A DNA stretch of 64,000 nt. Source: Massalongia carnosa (lineage: Eukaryota). The notes under the pieces were generated by a model that was given only the letters and a program-made list of their open reading frames with translations, made no database searches and was not told the origin of the DNA. The first letter of the stretch is position 1, and each line of letters starts with the position of its first letter. This document shows, in pieces, positions 24,944 through 37,600 of this stretch. Made by a program: the position numbers and the translations under genes. The stretch is from the NCBI GenBank assembly GCA_965645245.1, contig OZ287084.1, positions 930,001 to 994,000 of the forward strand. The letters are read 5' to 3'.

Positions 24944-27655
24944 TTAAGGTAGGTAGGCAGGCAGGCAGAGAGGAAGGAGAGTCTTGCTAGGCGGAACTGG
25001 ACTGAACTGAACTGAACTCGAAATGATTCTGAGAAGGGATTATGTTATAGCAAAGAAAGGGAAAAGAAAAGAGAAGGCGAGAAAGGAGACGAATGATTTC
25101 TTTTCCAACTTTCTTCCTCATCGTCATCGTCATCGTCTCCTCTCCGATTTCTTCGTTCCCGTTGTTTTTCTCTTTTCCTTGCTCCTCCTATCCCCCTTCC
25201 CTCTTCTCTCCCCTTCCCCATCGCCATCTTTCTCAACCATTCATCTCTCATCTTGATTCTCGCCCCGTTCTCCTCATCCTTCATCCTCGTAAACCATACA
25301 AATGAGGAAATGAACGAAACAGAACGGGCGAATACATACATACAACGCAGAATCGTCTCCTTCGCCCTCCATATCCATACCCGTACATACATAACTGCCC
25401 CATATATCCGCCCCTTCCCCCGCTTTTCCAAAGAGACGGCCAAACGCATCTAGAAAACGCCCTCCCTCCCCTCTTACAACGCAAGACCGGTTAGCTAGCC
25501 AGGAGAAGAAGGTAGGTCAAAGAAGGAATAGAAAAGTATAGAAAGGAAAGACCTTACGTACTCCGTACAGAACCCTCCCCCTGGAGATACTTGCTCGCTC
25601 GCTCGTGTGTTTATTTATTCACTCATTCATTTATTACATATGTTCATCCTCTTCTCTCCCTTCCCCTTTTTTGTTAAAAAAATAAAAAAAACCCCATCCC
25701 AGCAACATCCCAACAACAACAATAATAAAACCCCCCCCGCGGGACCGTCTCGACGTACATACATAAATACAAGCATAAGATCCATACCAACATACCTACA
25801 TCGCTCCTCCTCGCTACCCTGTTATTTTCCCCTTGATGCACCTCCCTTCCTCCAGCAGGTAGCGACCTTTCCACCCCTTTGCCCGCATATTCTCAGCGCT
25901 GTCTCGTGCATGTGCTGGGCCTAACATTAACCGCTTGGGTAGAAACGCTTTTTGTGGGTTTAATAAAGTATAGTTGGCTCTGTATGTGGACCGGGGATCT
26001 TCCAAAAAAAAATATGGGGGGGGGAGGTTTGTTATTGGGGAGGATGGCTGTGGTGGTGGATGGATGGTAGTTAACTAGAACAGATTAGGGGGGGGTCTTG
26101 CAAGAGGAGAGAAAACAACATGTGCATTCTGCGGAAGGGGTGAAAAAGAGTTGGTAAGTGAGTGAGGGGAAAGGCACTCGGTTGGTAGAGACGAGTAAGT
26201 TAATTAAACTAGTAATTATTTGATTGGCAATCATCGAGCTGATAAGAATGGAAAGCTGGTGATAGGGGGGCTTGGTAATGGTGGGGGGGGGTGCTTCTTG
26301 ATGGATGGATCTAGTGTCTTGGGGAGAAGGAAGGGAGGATCAGGTTATGTGGGGTCCGAGGTGGAGATGGAGTTGGTGATACATATTTCTTTTGTATATT
26401 TAAACTTACATTTATTTTGGAAATGGGGGTTTAGAGGGGAAACGTTGCCGACGTGCCTGGCTAAGCCCCATCCGGATTAGCCTTACTGAACGTTAAGCCT
26501 CTTCAGGTTAACAGACTGACTATGTACGTAACTTATCTGTAGCACCAGCCACGCTAGTCAGCTGAGACGCTAATCCGAAGGAGCTCGAAGAGCCACGCAC
26601 ATCTGAGGTGCTGGGGCAATGGAAACGAGGATACTGGCTGCTTAGGCGGATAGGGGCTGGCGGCGAGAAATAGGTAAGCTGATCGAATTTATCAGCGGGG
26701 TAAGTTGGTGCTTAGTGGAGGAGGGATGAGGTATGCTTTGGGGGTTCTTAACACTTGCGCTGGTTGGGACAGAAAGGGAGGGAGGGGGTCTGCTGGATGT
26801 GATTTGAGGTGAAGATGGAAGAGTGTTATTTCTTATTTCGGGGGTTGGGGGGGCTGGAGAGGTGAGATTGCTAGGGGTTAGGGCAGAGGGCATAAATGAA
26901 GTTAGGGGATGGATTGGACGGAGCAAATGAAGGAGTCGAATGACGTGAAGGTGGAAGGAGATTCAGAGTAGGCATGGGAAATGTTGAGAAGGAGAAGGGA
27001 AAGAGCAAGATGAAGCAAGTGTGAGAGGCAGTGACGGGAATCATAAAGTAGAGGTGAGAAGATAGGAGGAAATCTCGGACAAACGTCATGATGGTGATGA
27101 GTTAGAAGTGACGAAGCTGGTGTCTTTCGGAAACAAATGGCTAGAATGATCTACTGTTGAGTGATCGTGATCTTGACTAAACCATCCCCTTCCACATGAG
27201 CTGTTAGCGGATCTTGGACTTTTATTTACAGCCAAAACCCTTGCAACCCTTGCAACCCAAGGTTTTGAAACACTCTGCCGCGAGCCTGGGGGTAACCGGC
27301 TCTTAGCGAAACCGGAGGAAGGACGTGCGTTTTGGTCGGGATTTCTTCCGGACGATTAGCGGTGCATGTGTTCGGTAGTCTGCATGGTGGGTTGGTCCAG
27401 CATCGATCTAGTGCCTGCACAGGCTGTGATGTGGATCCACGTCTCATTGGCGCTGGCGAAAAAGTTAAATCCAACTTCTCTGATTGTAAGTTGATCACAT
27501 TCATAACATTCTCCCTCATCTTTCTGCCCTCGTGCTTGTTCTGGTGCGCTAGCTTGAGAAATTGTTGAACAAAAACCAACTAGGCATACGGCAGCGGGAT
27601 GCAGGAGAAGAGGATCTAGGCTATCAAGGATAGGCAAAGAGAAGTGCTTGGCAAG

Positions 27656-27706
27656 CGTGACACAAGTACTCCGTGACACAAGTACTCCGTGACACAAGTA
27701 CTCCGT
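27656..27706. repeat. 16-bp tandem repeat x3 (CGTGACACAAGTACTC)
   Basis: Three perfect copies. Confidence 0.9.
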
Positions 27707-27719
27707 ATTTCCAGTGAAG

Positions 27720-29350
27720 ATACTCCAAATTTAGCTATCTGCTGAACTGAATTCTGAACGACTGAATAGCTAAATTACATGAGGAATCACCGCCTCGTTA
27801 TACTGCTTGAAGGCCTCCATCTCGGCCTATATCAAATGCATGAACCTGCTTCCTTTGAACTTTTTCAGCCGGGCAAAATACACCTTATTGCTGACCGGAG
27901 ACAACGAGACACTCAGTGATCATGAACACCTGAATTGCCTCCGAAATGTAGCATTTTTGCTGCATACCTTTGCCTCCTCGTAGTTGCCGAAGTCGTGCCG
28001 ATATCTGAAGCTTTTCGCATATACGAGTAGCATATGATTGCCTAATCTGGAAATTAGTAAGCAGGAGGCAAAAGAACCTCGGTCGCAAATATTCAGAATC
28101 TCGGCAAATTCCAATAAGAATCACGACAAGCCATAAGCTTATTTGACCCTCCCCACGTTCACAATCTCTACGCTCTATAAGCAGTTGCTATTCGTAAGTG
28201 ACACGGATGAACGTCTTGTCTGAAGACAGCTTATGGCCCTGTTTCCGCTGACTGGCAGAGCTAAGGTTGCTAGAGAGTGCGATGGGGTCTTGTGGGGGTG
28301 GGTTTTTTTCGCGATGATGTTGGAGCTAGCTGGATGGATTGGGTGTGTTGAGATGGTTGTTGGTATTAGGTTTGGAGTCGATGATGTCTTTGCTGCCGAC
28401 GTTGGAGTGGCATTGATTTTGGGCTTCGATAGTTTAGATTGCCGTTTCAGATGATCGCTTAGGCATAACTGCCGTGTTGGTGGTGTAGATTGAAAGATGA
28501 CACTTGGAAAGAGAGTTGTTGGAGCACCCTTTTGGGGAATTCCAGCTCTATGGTATCAGGATTAGAGGTCAAGATGACTAGCATCAAGGTTTTGCATGTA
28601 AAAATGCCTTAGCGGGAAAATCATCGCGGAGTTTTAATTGCGGCGTATTTTCATGGGGCTGTGAGAGGGAAGCTGAGAATGCGCTTTGTCAGGCGGGCAG
28701 TGATGCCGAACCGTTTCGAGAGACTGACATGGAAGTGCTTCATGTTGGAAAACCACGTTTTAAGCGGTGCTCAAGATAACCATCGTTACCAAAAAAATTC
28801 CCTATCGCGCGAACGCCTATGTTGTCACCAATTCTATGATGTCTCATTATTCACCGCCTTTACACATCCAGGTTGGTTGGAATGAAACCGCTATAGGCTG
28901 CAGGGCATCTGGAAATCGAGATTTGCTGTAGGGAAGTCATGAACCGATCGTAAAGAGAAACCAAGCGGGTGAGAAATGCCTTTATTCCATCAGGGTTCGA
29001 AAGCAATGAACCCAAACATGTAATTCTGGAAAACACACATTGAAGTTAGGGGTTCCTTCGTCACCTCGTCTATCCGGAATAGATAGAATCTGTAACTATC
29101 GTATAATTGAAACCTCCAGAGAACCGTAAGAGGTGAATCAGCAAAAGCTGTTAGTCGACGGGATTCCTTCCAAAGTGAGGTGAAACCGCTAAGTGAAGTA
29201 TTCATGAGATTTACACTTGAGTTTTGCCAGATTTCGACCGTGGCTGGAAGCGTCGCATGCGACATACGTAGGATCAAGAAAGGTGCATCAGCGTTGGAGG
29301 CGTAGCTTTGGAAAAGCTGTGGTGGGACAACTTCCGCATATCTGAATCGC
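27720..29350 (-). pseudogene. Possible decayed gene relic
   Basis: Protein-like minus-strand fragments (28990-29277, an S/T/P-rich frame near 28200-28540, 27920-28114) broken by several stops. No family recognised. Confidence 0.3.
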
Positions 29351-29601
29351 TTCCTGCCAGTCGCATAGAAATACCTTTAAGAGCATGAAGATCAGGTAGA
29401 TTGCGAAGTAGATGATAAATGTATCGGACCAGCGATTCAAACCTAGTTAATGCATGCTTGCTATGCGGAACCTAAGTCTGCTTCATGCTTCCCGAGCAAT
29501 CGCTGTTCTGAAGTGTGCTCAGGGCCAGTGAAATGTATTGGTCAGTAGATATCTGCTGGGTGCTGCAGACTATACACTGATTGTAAGAGCAGGACTCTTG
29601 G

Positions 29602-31577
29602 TTGACCGGATTCAACCTAATCATGCACTACCCACCCCCAAACGGAGTATGGTCGCTCACAGACACGGTAAGCGGCGCCTTTGGCATCAGTCGTGGCATG
29701 GTGGAGGCTGCAACCAGCGACAATATCAGCCCCTTAACCTTGATGAGCTGCGAGAACTTTGGATCCACCATACCCACGTGTATTGAGACACGCGTCAAGA
29801 TCGAACAGCTCGCACGGCGAAGCCATAGTTCCCACGTATTCAAGTTCGTCAAAACTCAAGTAGGGTGGAGGAATGGCGACTCGGTCGAGCTACTTTCTCG
29901 CAGCGATGGCGGGATCCGATTCTTGTGCCTCGCGGCGGCCCTCTGCACTTTAAGTAAATATGAAGCCGCAGTTCGATTAGACGGGCTGCTTCAGGAGACG
30001 CAAAAAGATGCACAGTTAAGACCGACAATCAGCCAGCTTCACTCCATGATGGTCATTCTGGAGTCGAAACTTGCTCTTTCGAGCTTCGCCAACAACGTTG
30101 CCGGATGGGAGATCTGGTTCCGAAGCCAACTTGCTCATATTCAAGATCCGAGGTATCGGATTGAGTTTACCGCAATACCTCCAAAGAAGGCCTTTCAAGA
30201 CATGGTTCTGTTCATCAGCGAACATAGCAGGTTGGGTCAAAAGTCATACCTAAGTTTAAAGATGGGTTCACAAATAGTACCATGGTGTATTGCATTCATT
30301 AAGTGGCTCTTCGGGCTCCCACCTCTTGTGCGGCTTGTGACCGGAAAAATTCTTTTGGATCAGGAGGACGCCTCAATTCTCATAGAAATTCTTCCCCAAC
30401 CACCAGCAGCCACAAGCGGAAAATGGACGGATGGGGGGTATGGTTCGAGCCACCAGTTCGAGGTGACGACATCTTGTCGTATCAAAACAGATCAAAGAAG
30501 AGTCTTTGGCTACGAAGGTTCAAAACGAGACTTTGCCCTCCAAGGGGCAAGGAATACCTTCGATTGGACAAAGCATCGAATTAAGGGATTTTCTGGCATT
30601 TTACAGGACAATGCGACTATAAAAAGCGCTGTCGGCCAAGTGCTGGTCTTCATTGTTGTATATTTGCCATGCTGGTTGTTGGTTGAAAACAACACGTTTG
30701 TTGAAGTGCCAGGACAAGTTAGTCAGGTGGGCCATGAAAGACGTTTTAGCACTTCAAGGCATTTTTCGGCTTTTCCTTGGACGCATCCCAGGAACAAGCT
30801 TCCTGAAACAATTCTTGGAACAGCTCTGCATCTCATTCAACTGTATTCGAGTCTATTCATTATTCTCGATCGATCTGAGCTGCTCGAGTCCGCCCAGAGG
30901 CTTGTCCTGAATATCGAAACTCGACTAGCGTTAGATCGGCAGCAGGCCTCCGTTATGCTGGTAGAAAGTGTTCTTCTAAAGTGCAGCATTTTTACCGTGA
31001 GAATGGCAATAGCTCTACTGAGCTCTTCATATTTCCCTATTTGTGCCACGCTTATAATTTCGTTTTGTTCCTAATGTCTGAACCTGACAGCTTTTAGACA
31101 CAGCTTGTATGCACTGATGGCCGCAACTTTAAACTTACCTACGACAAAATATGCACGGCTCCGTCTTAGCTATTGGTGATGGCCTTGGATGAATGCGGCT
31201 TTGAATGGTTTTGTTTCTAGCATGTGGAAAATTTGAGGCTGGCTTCAAACCTTGTGGATCAAGAAAGTTAGTTCGACTATCATGTAATGTTCCTCTCAGA
31301 GAGGGGATGCTCTATCTCAAAATCATCTATGAAAACCCAAATTTTAGAGCCCGAAGCACTAAAATTCTCAGTGGATAAGAAAGGAAAAGAAGACGAGAAA
31401 GAATGGTACTTGTATCTGAATCACCGGCAAATGGTGAAAGAACTCCGCCTACGAGCGAGAGGATTAGTATCTGAAAAGAGGCTTGAATATAGATCACCTG
31501 TGTTTTCATCGACGAAGTTTTCAAGGCTCTGCGATCTGATTTGGAATGGAAGTCTCGGTGTTGAATCTATTGCTTGA
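29602..31577 (+). pseudogene. Fungal hypothetical protein, probably degenerating at the 3' end
   Basis: 490-codon ORF with GWRNGDSVELLSRSDGGIRFLCLAAAL and PWCIAFIKWLFGLPP, resembling ascomycete hypothetical proteins. Becomes atypical after ~30750 and is followed by fragment 31287-31577. Confidence 0.5.
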
Positions 31578-32258
31578 AGAGAACACCAATCTTCACGTGA
31601 AAATGGAAGTCCAGTATTAACGCTCCTTGAAGCCTGCGACCAGCTTCCGCCACCATGGCGATCGTATGCCCTGTGTACGGCATGGGCTAAGATAGATAAG
31701 GCAAAACCAGACAGAAGAAGAAGACAGGCTGCAAGCTCAGCCACCTGGAATCTCGCCGTTAGACCGGTTAGACCGAAGAAGTTGCCACGTTATGATGGAA
31801 ATCATACTACATATGCTCCGTTATGCACATGCTATTCGCGCGATGAATGAAAGCAGACTGGCACGTGACCGGAAGTCGGGATGACGGCAAACGGTTGACT
31901 CGCGCTTGAACAAGATTGGAATAGTGTTAGAGCTAAACTGTAAGCGACCAATCAATTTGCCTTCAGCACACAAAATGACAAGTGGCTACTTTTTACTCAT
32001 GACTAAATTTCCAAAGAGGACACGGTATGTTGAACGTCGTTGACAAAAGCTTCAAATACTCAACCCAAAGACCCTATTCTAGTATCTCAATCTGAACATC
32101 CCTCCTCCGTCTTTCCTCTCTCATCCGCTTCCTCAATCCTCCGCCCCCCAATCCAACTCTCACTGCTTGTAAAAGCAAGCTTGAGGTACTAATAAAGTAA
32201 TATTTGTGGGCTTCGTTTCCACTTGTCTAATTTTTATTTCGCCACACACCCAAAGAAG

Positions 32259-34521
32259 ATGGCTAGGCGATCACGGGGAGGCTCTTTTCCCTTCGCAATG
32301 TCAAGCATCTTCTACATTTTCCTTGTCTTCATCGCTACTTTCGCTCTGGTACATCCTACCAACGCACAAGAAGATGAGCAGGCCCCTTTACGGGAGGACC
32401 TTGGAACGGTCATTGGTATTGATCTCGGGACCACCTATTCGTACGTCCTTGCTAAGTCAATCAAGCGACAACGTGTATGTGCTAACACGTAGCTGCAGTT
32501 GTGTTGGTGTGATGCAGAATGGAAAAGTCGAGATCCTGGTCAATGATCAAGGGAACAGAATAACGCCCTCCTATGTGGCCTTCACTGATGAGGAACGATT
32601 GGTGGGAGACGCAGCAAAGAATCAATATGCTGCTAACCCTCAAAGAACTATCTATGATATCAAGTGAGTATCTCCTTGACAAGCCTCTTGTTTCTATCCG
32701 AGATCAAATGCTAAGATTTGGGACTTAGGCGCTTGATTGGCCGTAAGTTTTCAGACAAGGATGTCCAGGCCGATATGAAGCATTTCCCTTTCAAAGTCAC
32801 AAACAACGATGGTAAACCCGCTGTTACAGTCGAGGTGGCTGGCAAAGATCGGTCGTTCTCGCCCGAGGAGGTCTCGGCCATGGTCCTCGGAAAGATGAAG
32901 GAGATCGCCGAGAGTTATCTTGGAAAGAAAGTGGAAAACGCTGTCGTCACCGTTCCAGCATATTTCAACGATAACCAAAGACAAGCTACCAAAGACGCCG
33001 GCATAATCGCAGGTCTGAATGTTCTCCGCGTCGTCAATGAGCCCACTGCGGCTGCTATTGCTTATGGTTTGGACAAGACTGGTGACGAGCGCCACATCAT
33101 CGTTTATGACTTGGGAGGAGGAACCTTTGACGTGTCCCTTCTCACAATCGATAACGGCGTGTTTGAGGTTCTGGCAACAGCCGGTGATACTCATTTGGGA
33201 GGTGAGGATTTCGATCAGCGAATCATTAACTACTTCGCCAAGCAGTACAACAAACAACACAACGTCGACATTACCAAGGACTTGAAGACAATGGGTAAAC
33301 TCAAGCGTGAGGTCGAAAAAGCTAAACGTACCCTGTCCTCCCAAATGTCTACACGCATTGAAATCGAGTCTTTTTTCAAGGGCAAGGATTTCTCCGAGAC
33401 GCTTACCCGGGCGAAGTTTGAAGAGCTTAATTTGGACCTCTTCAAGAAGACCCTGAAGCCAGTTGAGCAAGTGCTCAAGGACGGAAAGAAGAAGAAGACC
33501 GAGATCAACGATATTGTTCTTGTCGGTGGATCTACCCGTATTCCCAAGGTTCAATCGTTGTTGGAAGACTATTTCGGTGGCAAGAAAGCTAGCAAGAACA
33601 TCAACCCTGATGAAGCTGTTGCCTTTGGTGCCGCCGTCCAAGGCGGTGTTCTGTCTGGAGCTGAGGGAACCAAGGAGATCATTCTCATGGACGTCAATCC
33701 ATTGACCTTGGGTATCGAAACCACTGGAGGCGTGATGACCAAATTGATTCCCCGCGGCACCAGCATCCCCACTCGCAAGAGCCAGATTTTCTCGACGGCT
33801 GCTGATAACCAGCCTGTGGTCCTCATTCAAGTTTGTAGGTTCATCGAAATCTCCTATCAATATATACCTTTGCTAATAAAATACTAGTCGAGGGTGAGCG
33901 AGCCATGACCAAGGACAACAACTTACTGGGTAAATTCGACCTCACTGGCATTCCTCCCGCTCCTCGTGGTGTACCTCAGATCGAAGTCTCGTTTGAACTG
34001 GACGCCAACGGAATTCTGAAAGTGACCGCCGGTGATAAGGGCACAGGCAAAGCCGAGTCTATCACCATCACTAATGACAAGGGACGCCTGTCTCAGGAAG
34101 AGATTGATCGCATGATTGCCGAGGCTCAGGAATTCGCCGAAGAAGATAAAGCTACATCCGAGAAGATCGCCGCTCGAAATGGACTTGAGAATTACGCCTT
34201 TAGCTTGAAGAATCAGGTAGCTGACGAGGAGGGTCTTGGTGGGAAGATCGACGAGGATGACAAGGAAGCTGTAAGTTCCGTTAAACTAGTACATGTAGCT
34301 GCATTCTGCTGATGTACTACTCGTAGCTTTTGGACGCTGTCAAGGAAGCCACCGAATGGCTCGAGGAGAACGCTGCTACCGCTACCACCGAAGACTTCGA
34401 GGAGCAGAAGGAGAAGCTGAGCAACGTAGCGTACCCAATTACCAGCAAGCTTTACAGTGGTGGGGAGGCGCCCCCCACCGAGGAGGATGACGGTGAGCCC
34501 GGCGGACATGATGAGCTATAG
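32259..34521 (+). CDS. KAR2: ER Hsp70 chaperone BiP
   Basis: Signal peptide, [20 protein letters not shown] and C-terminal HDEL. Introns 32441-32498, 32664-32728, 33835-33887 and 34271-34326 restore the frame. Confidence 0.98.
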
Positions 34522-34689
34522 AAGGTGGTCTCGCATTTCCCTGGGGTTTTCATTTAAAGTGTCTGGAGATAGATAGAAAGGCGTATGTTCTGCACTTCAT
34601 CCTTTAGCAATCTCTCCAGTAAAGAGACAAATGTAGATTAGAAGTGTAAAGAATCTATTTTGCGGTCCAAACGATGGCGCATGCAGCTA

Positions 34690-37600
34690 TCTATATAGTA
34701 CTGAAAGAGTTACCCTGCTACTTTGGGCAACACTACCTCATTCGGTTAGATCAAACCTCATGCGGTTAGATTTAACCCGAAAAAGGGAACGCAAGTAACA
34801 ATAATCGGGGGAGGACCGTCGTGCGGACAGGACCGAAAACTCCCCTCTTGCCTCCACCGTACCGGACCGTTTCACTTCGTCAAACTTTGTAGAGTCATGG
34901 ATCATGATGATATCAATAAGTATCGTGAAATCTACGTTCTTTTACGCCCGTTGTGGGTCGAGAAAGGTGGTCGGCTTTCGCGTTTTTCATGGTTTGATGT
35001 TCCGGAAAACCGCGCTAAATCCGTCCGTTCGACGAACCCGCAAGAAACCTCGATTTGGTTTAAAGCAAACTTAATTGAGTTTACGATGACTTTTACAACA
35101 ACGCGTTATTTGATATTTTTTTGATTTGCAATAAACAATCATCTGAAGCTTTGGCAATAGCTGCAACGACCACAATCATGTCTCTACAGCCTAACGCTTC
35201 TCCGCGAGAAGTTCTTTCTCGACTTCTCATTCCTTTACGACAATCGGGTTCTCCCCGCAGATCGCATAACGAAGTGGATTCTTCGGAAAATCCTCCTGCC
35301 AAGCGCGTTCGTCTTATTTTGCGACCACCGAAACGTCCTGTACGTCTTTTTCTGCGTCCACCTGCTCCCCCGAAAAGTCCGATTATATCTGCTGTCGCTT
35401 CTACGTCTTTACAGAGTCCGCTTGACAGTTCAGTTGGGGGGTCCGTTTCTCCCGTATCATCGGCTTTTCATTCGCCAATCTCGCCAAACCGGAATGATTT
35501 GGAATTGGAAAACTCAAACATTTGGGAAGAAATGCTGCTCAACGAAGCAGAAGCGGGTCAGAACAACGATCTCGATCGTGGATCCGTAAGGTCGAGTTCC
35601 GAATATCTTTCTCCATCCGTTGCAAGTTCGAGAGCTGTTTCTCCACTTGCTAATCATCAAGAGCCACGAGGAAATCGTCAAACACGTCGTCACGAGCGTA
35701 CTGTTACAGCCCGTAGGCGTGCGACTGCACATCGTGACTTTCCTGCGACATTTAAAAGTCAATACACATTGGAATCCGCGATACGACGAATTCAACACAT
35801 GACCGATCATTGCAGACACTGCGGTGCATGGCATTGGGAAGCGGAAGCCGTTCGGAGCTCTTCTAATGGAGTATACGAAACCTGTTGCAAGCGAGGCGAT
35901 GTCGTGTTGCCACCGTTTCAGCCTCCCCCCGATTTTTTACAGCGGTTGTTAATTGGTGACGATACTAGAAGCCGTACATTCCGCAAAAACCTGCGAAAAT
36001 ATAACTCCGCGCTAACGTTTACCTCCGTAAACTATAAACCCGATCGCCGACTTCCTCGCAACGGTCGTGGACCGATATGTTTTTAAATTCACGGAGAATT
36101 ATATCATTTGCAAGGTCTTCTTGACCCCGTTGATGATTCTCCTCGATTTGCTCAATTGTTTTTTTACGATCCCGCCGAGGCAACCGCGATTCGTACTCGA
36201 CAACACGAAGAATTAAATCCGGATATTGTGCGACGATTGACAGAAATGTTGCATGATCTAAATCCCTTTATCGGACTCTACAAGACCGTCAGCGAGGCCC
36301 TGCGAGAAATACGGCTACCATCAATGACTTGCGAATTGTTCTTAATCCGCAAATGCGATTAATAATGGAGGCGGGAGCGGATCGACGACGAAGCAATCTT
36401 CCCACCAGTGACGAGATTGCCGGTATTATTCCCGATGAATACGGAGAACCTTGTAAACGCGATATTGTGTTAACGGAACGTGTTGCGGGAGTTACGGGAA
36501 CTTCATTAAAACGAATTGATCAAAATCATGCGGCCTATATGCCTTTGCATTACGTTCTTTTTTTTTCCGCATGGCGAACATGGCTGGGACTGGAGTATGC
36601 GACTTCGGTCCAATGCCAGAGCGAGACAACGAGATCGTTTATGTCAACTGGCGTTTTACAGGTATCGTTTACACACCCGTCGAAATGAATTTTCTATTAT
36701 GCATCACTGTCAGCGATTGTTTCAGCAATATTTAGTTGATGCATGGTCCAGCTGCGATCTTAACAAACTGCAATGGCTTCGAGAAAATCAAAAAACGATC
36801 AGAGCGGAGCTGTATAGCGGACTTGCGGATAGTTTGCGACGGGATGAAGTTGATTCTGCGGCCACCTTAGGAAAAAGATTTATTCTTCCTTCTACATATA
36901 CGGGTGGTGATCGATTTATGCAGCAATTGTTTCAGGACAGTATGGCCTTGGTTCGTCATTTCGGACGCCCGGATTTGTTTATCACGTTTACTGCAAATCC
37001 CAATTGGTCGGAAATCAAAGAAGCCTGAAAGACTTTCCCGGGCAGACCGCAACGGATCGTCCTGATATCGTGGCCCGCGCTTTTCGTTTACGGCAGAGCA
37101 GTTTGTTGCAGGAGTTGAAAAATATTCGGACGGCCGCGAGCTGTTATATCAAGATTTTCCGAATAGCTACGTTTGGGAAGCTAAGAAAAATGCTGGCAAC
37201 CCCGTCAACGCGGATTTGCAGTTGGCCGTATTTATGCCTGCAGCCCCATGGCGGGTGAGAAATATTATTTACGGATGCTTTTGACCATTGTTCCGGGGCC
37301 GCAGTCTTTTGAGGATCTGCGCACTGTTGATGGAGTAGTTTGTTCAACCTTTCAGGCCGCTTGCAGTGCTCGAGGTTTACTGGAAGATGATCAAGAATGG
37401 ATCAGTTGTTTTGCGGAAGCGGTGCGATTTTCTTCTGGACACGCGTTGCGGGCGTTATTCGGAACGGCTTTAGTTCACGGTCATGTTACGGACTCCACGG
37501 CCTTATGGATTCGATACGCAAATGATATATGTGACGATTTGCCGCATCGATTACGATCAATGACTGATGTTCCTGACGATTTAACGACTCCGCATTTGGA

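Noticed and set aside
24960..27200. Many short ORFs
   Set aside because: Low-complexity purine/pyrimidine-biased intergenic DNA with no coherent coding signal.
32751..33860. 369-aa antisense ORF
   Set aside because: The well-known shadow ORF opposite Hsp70 coding sequence.
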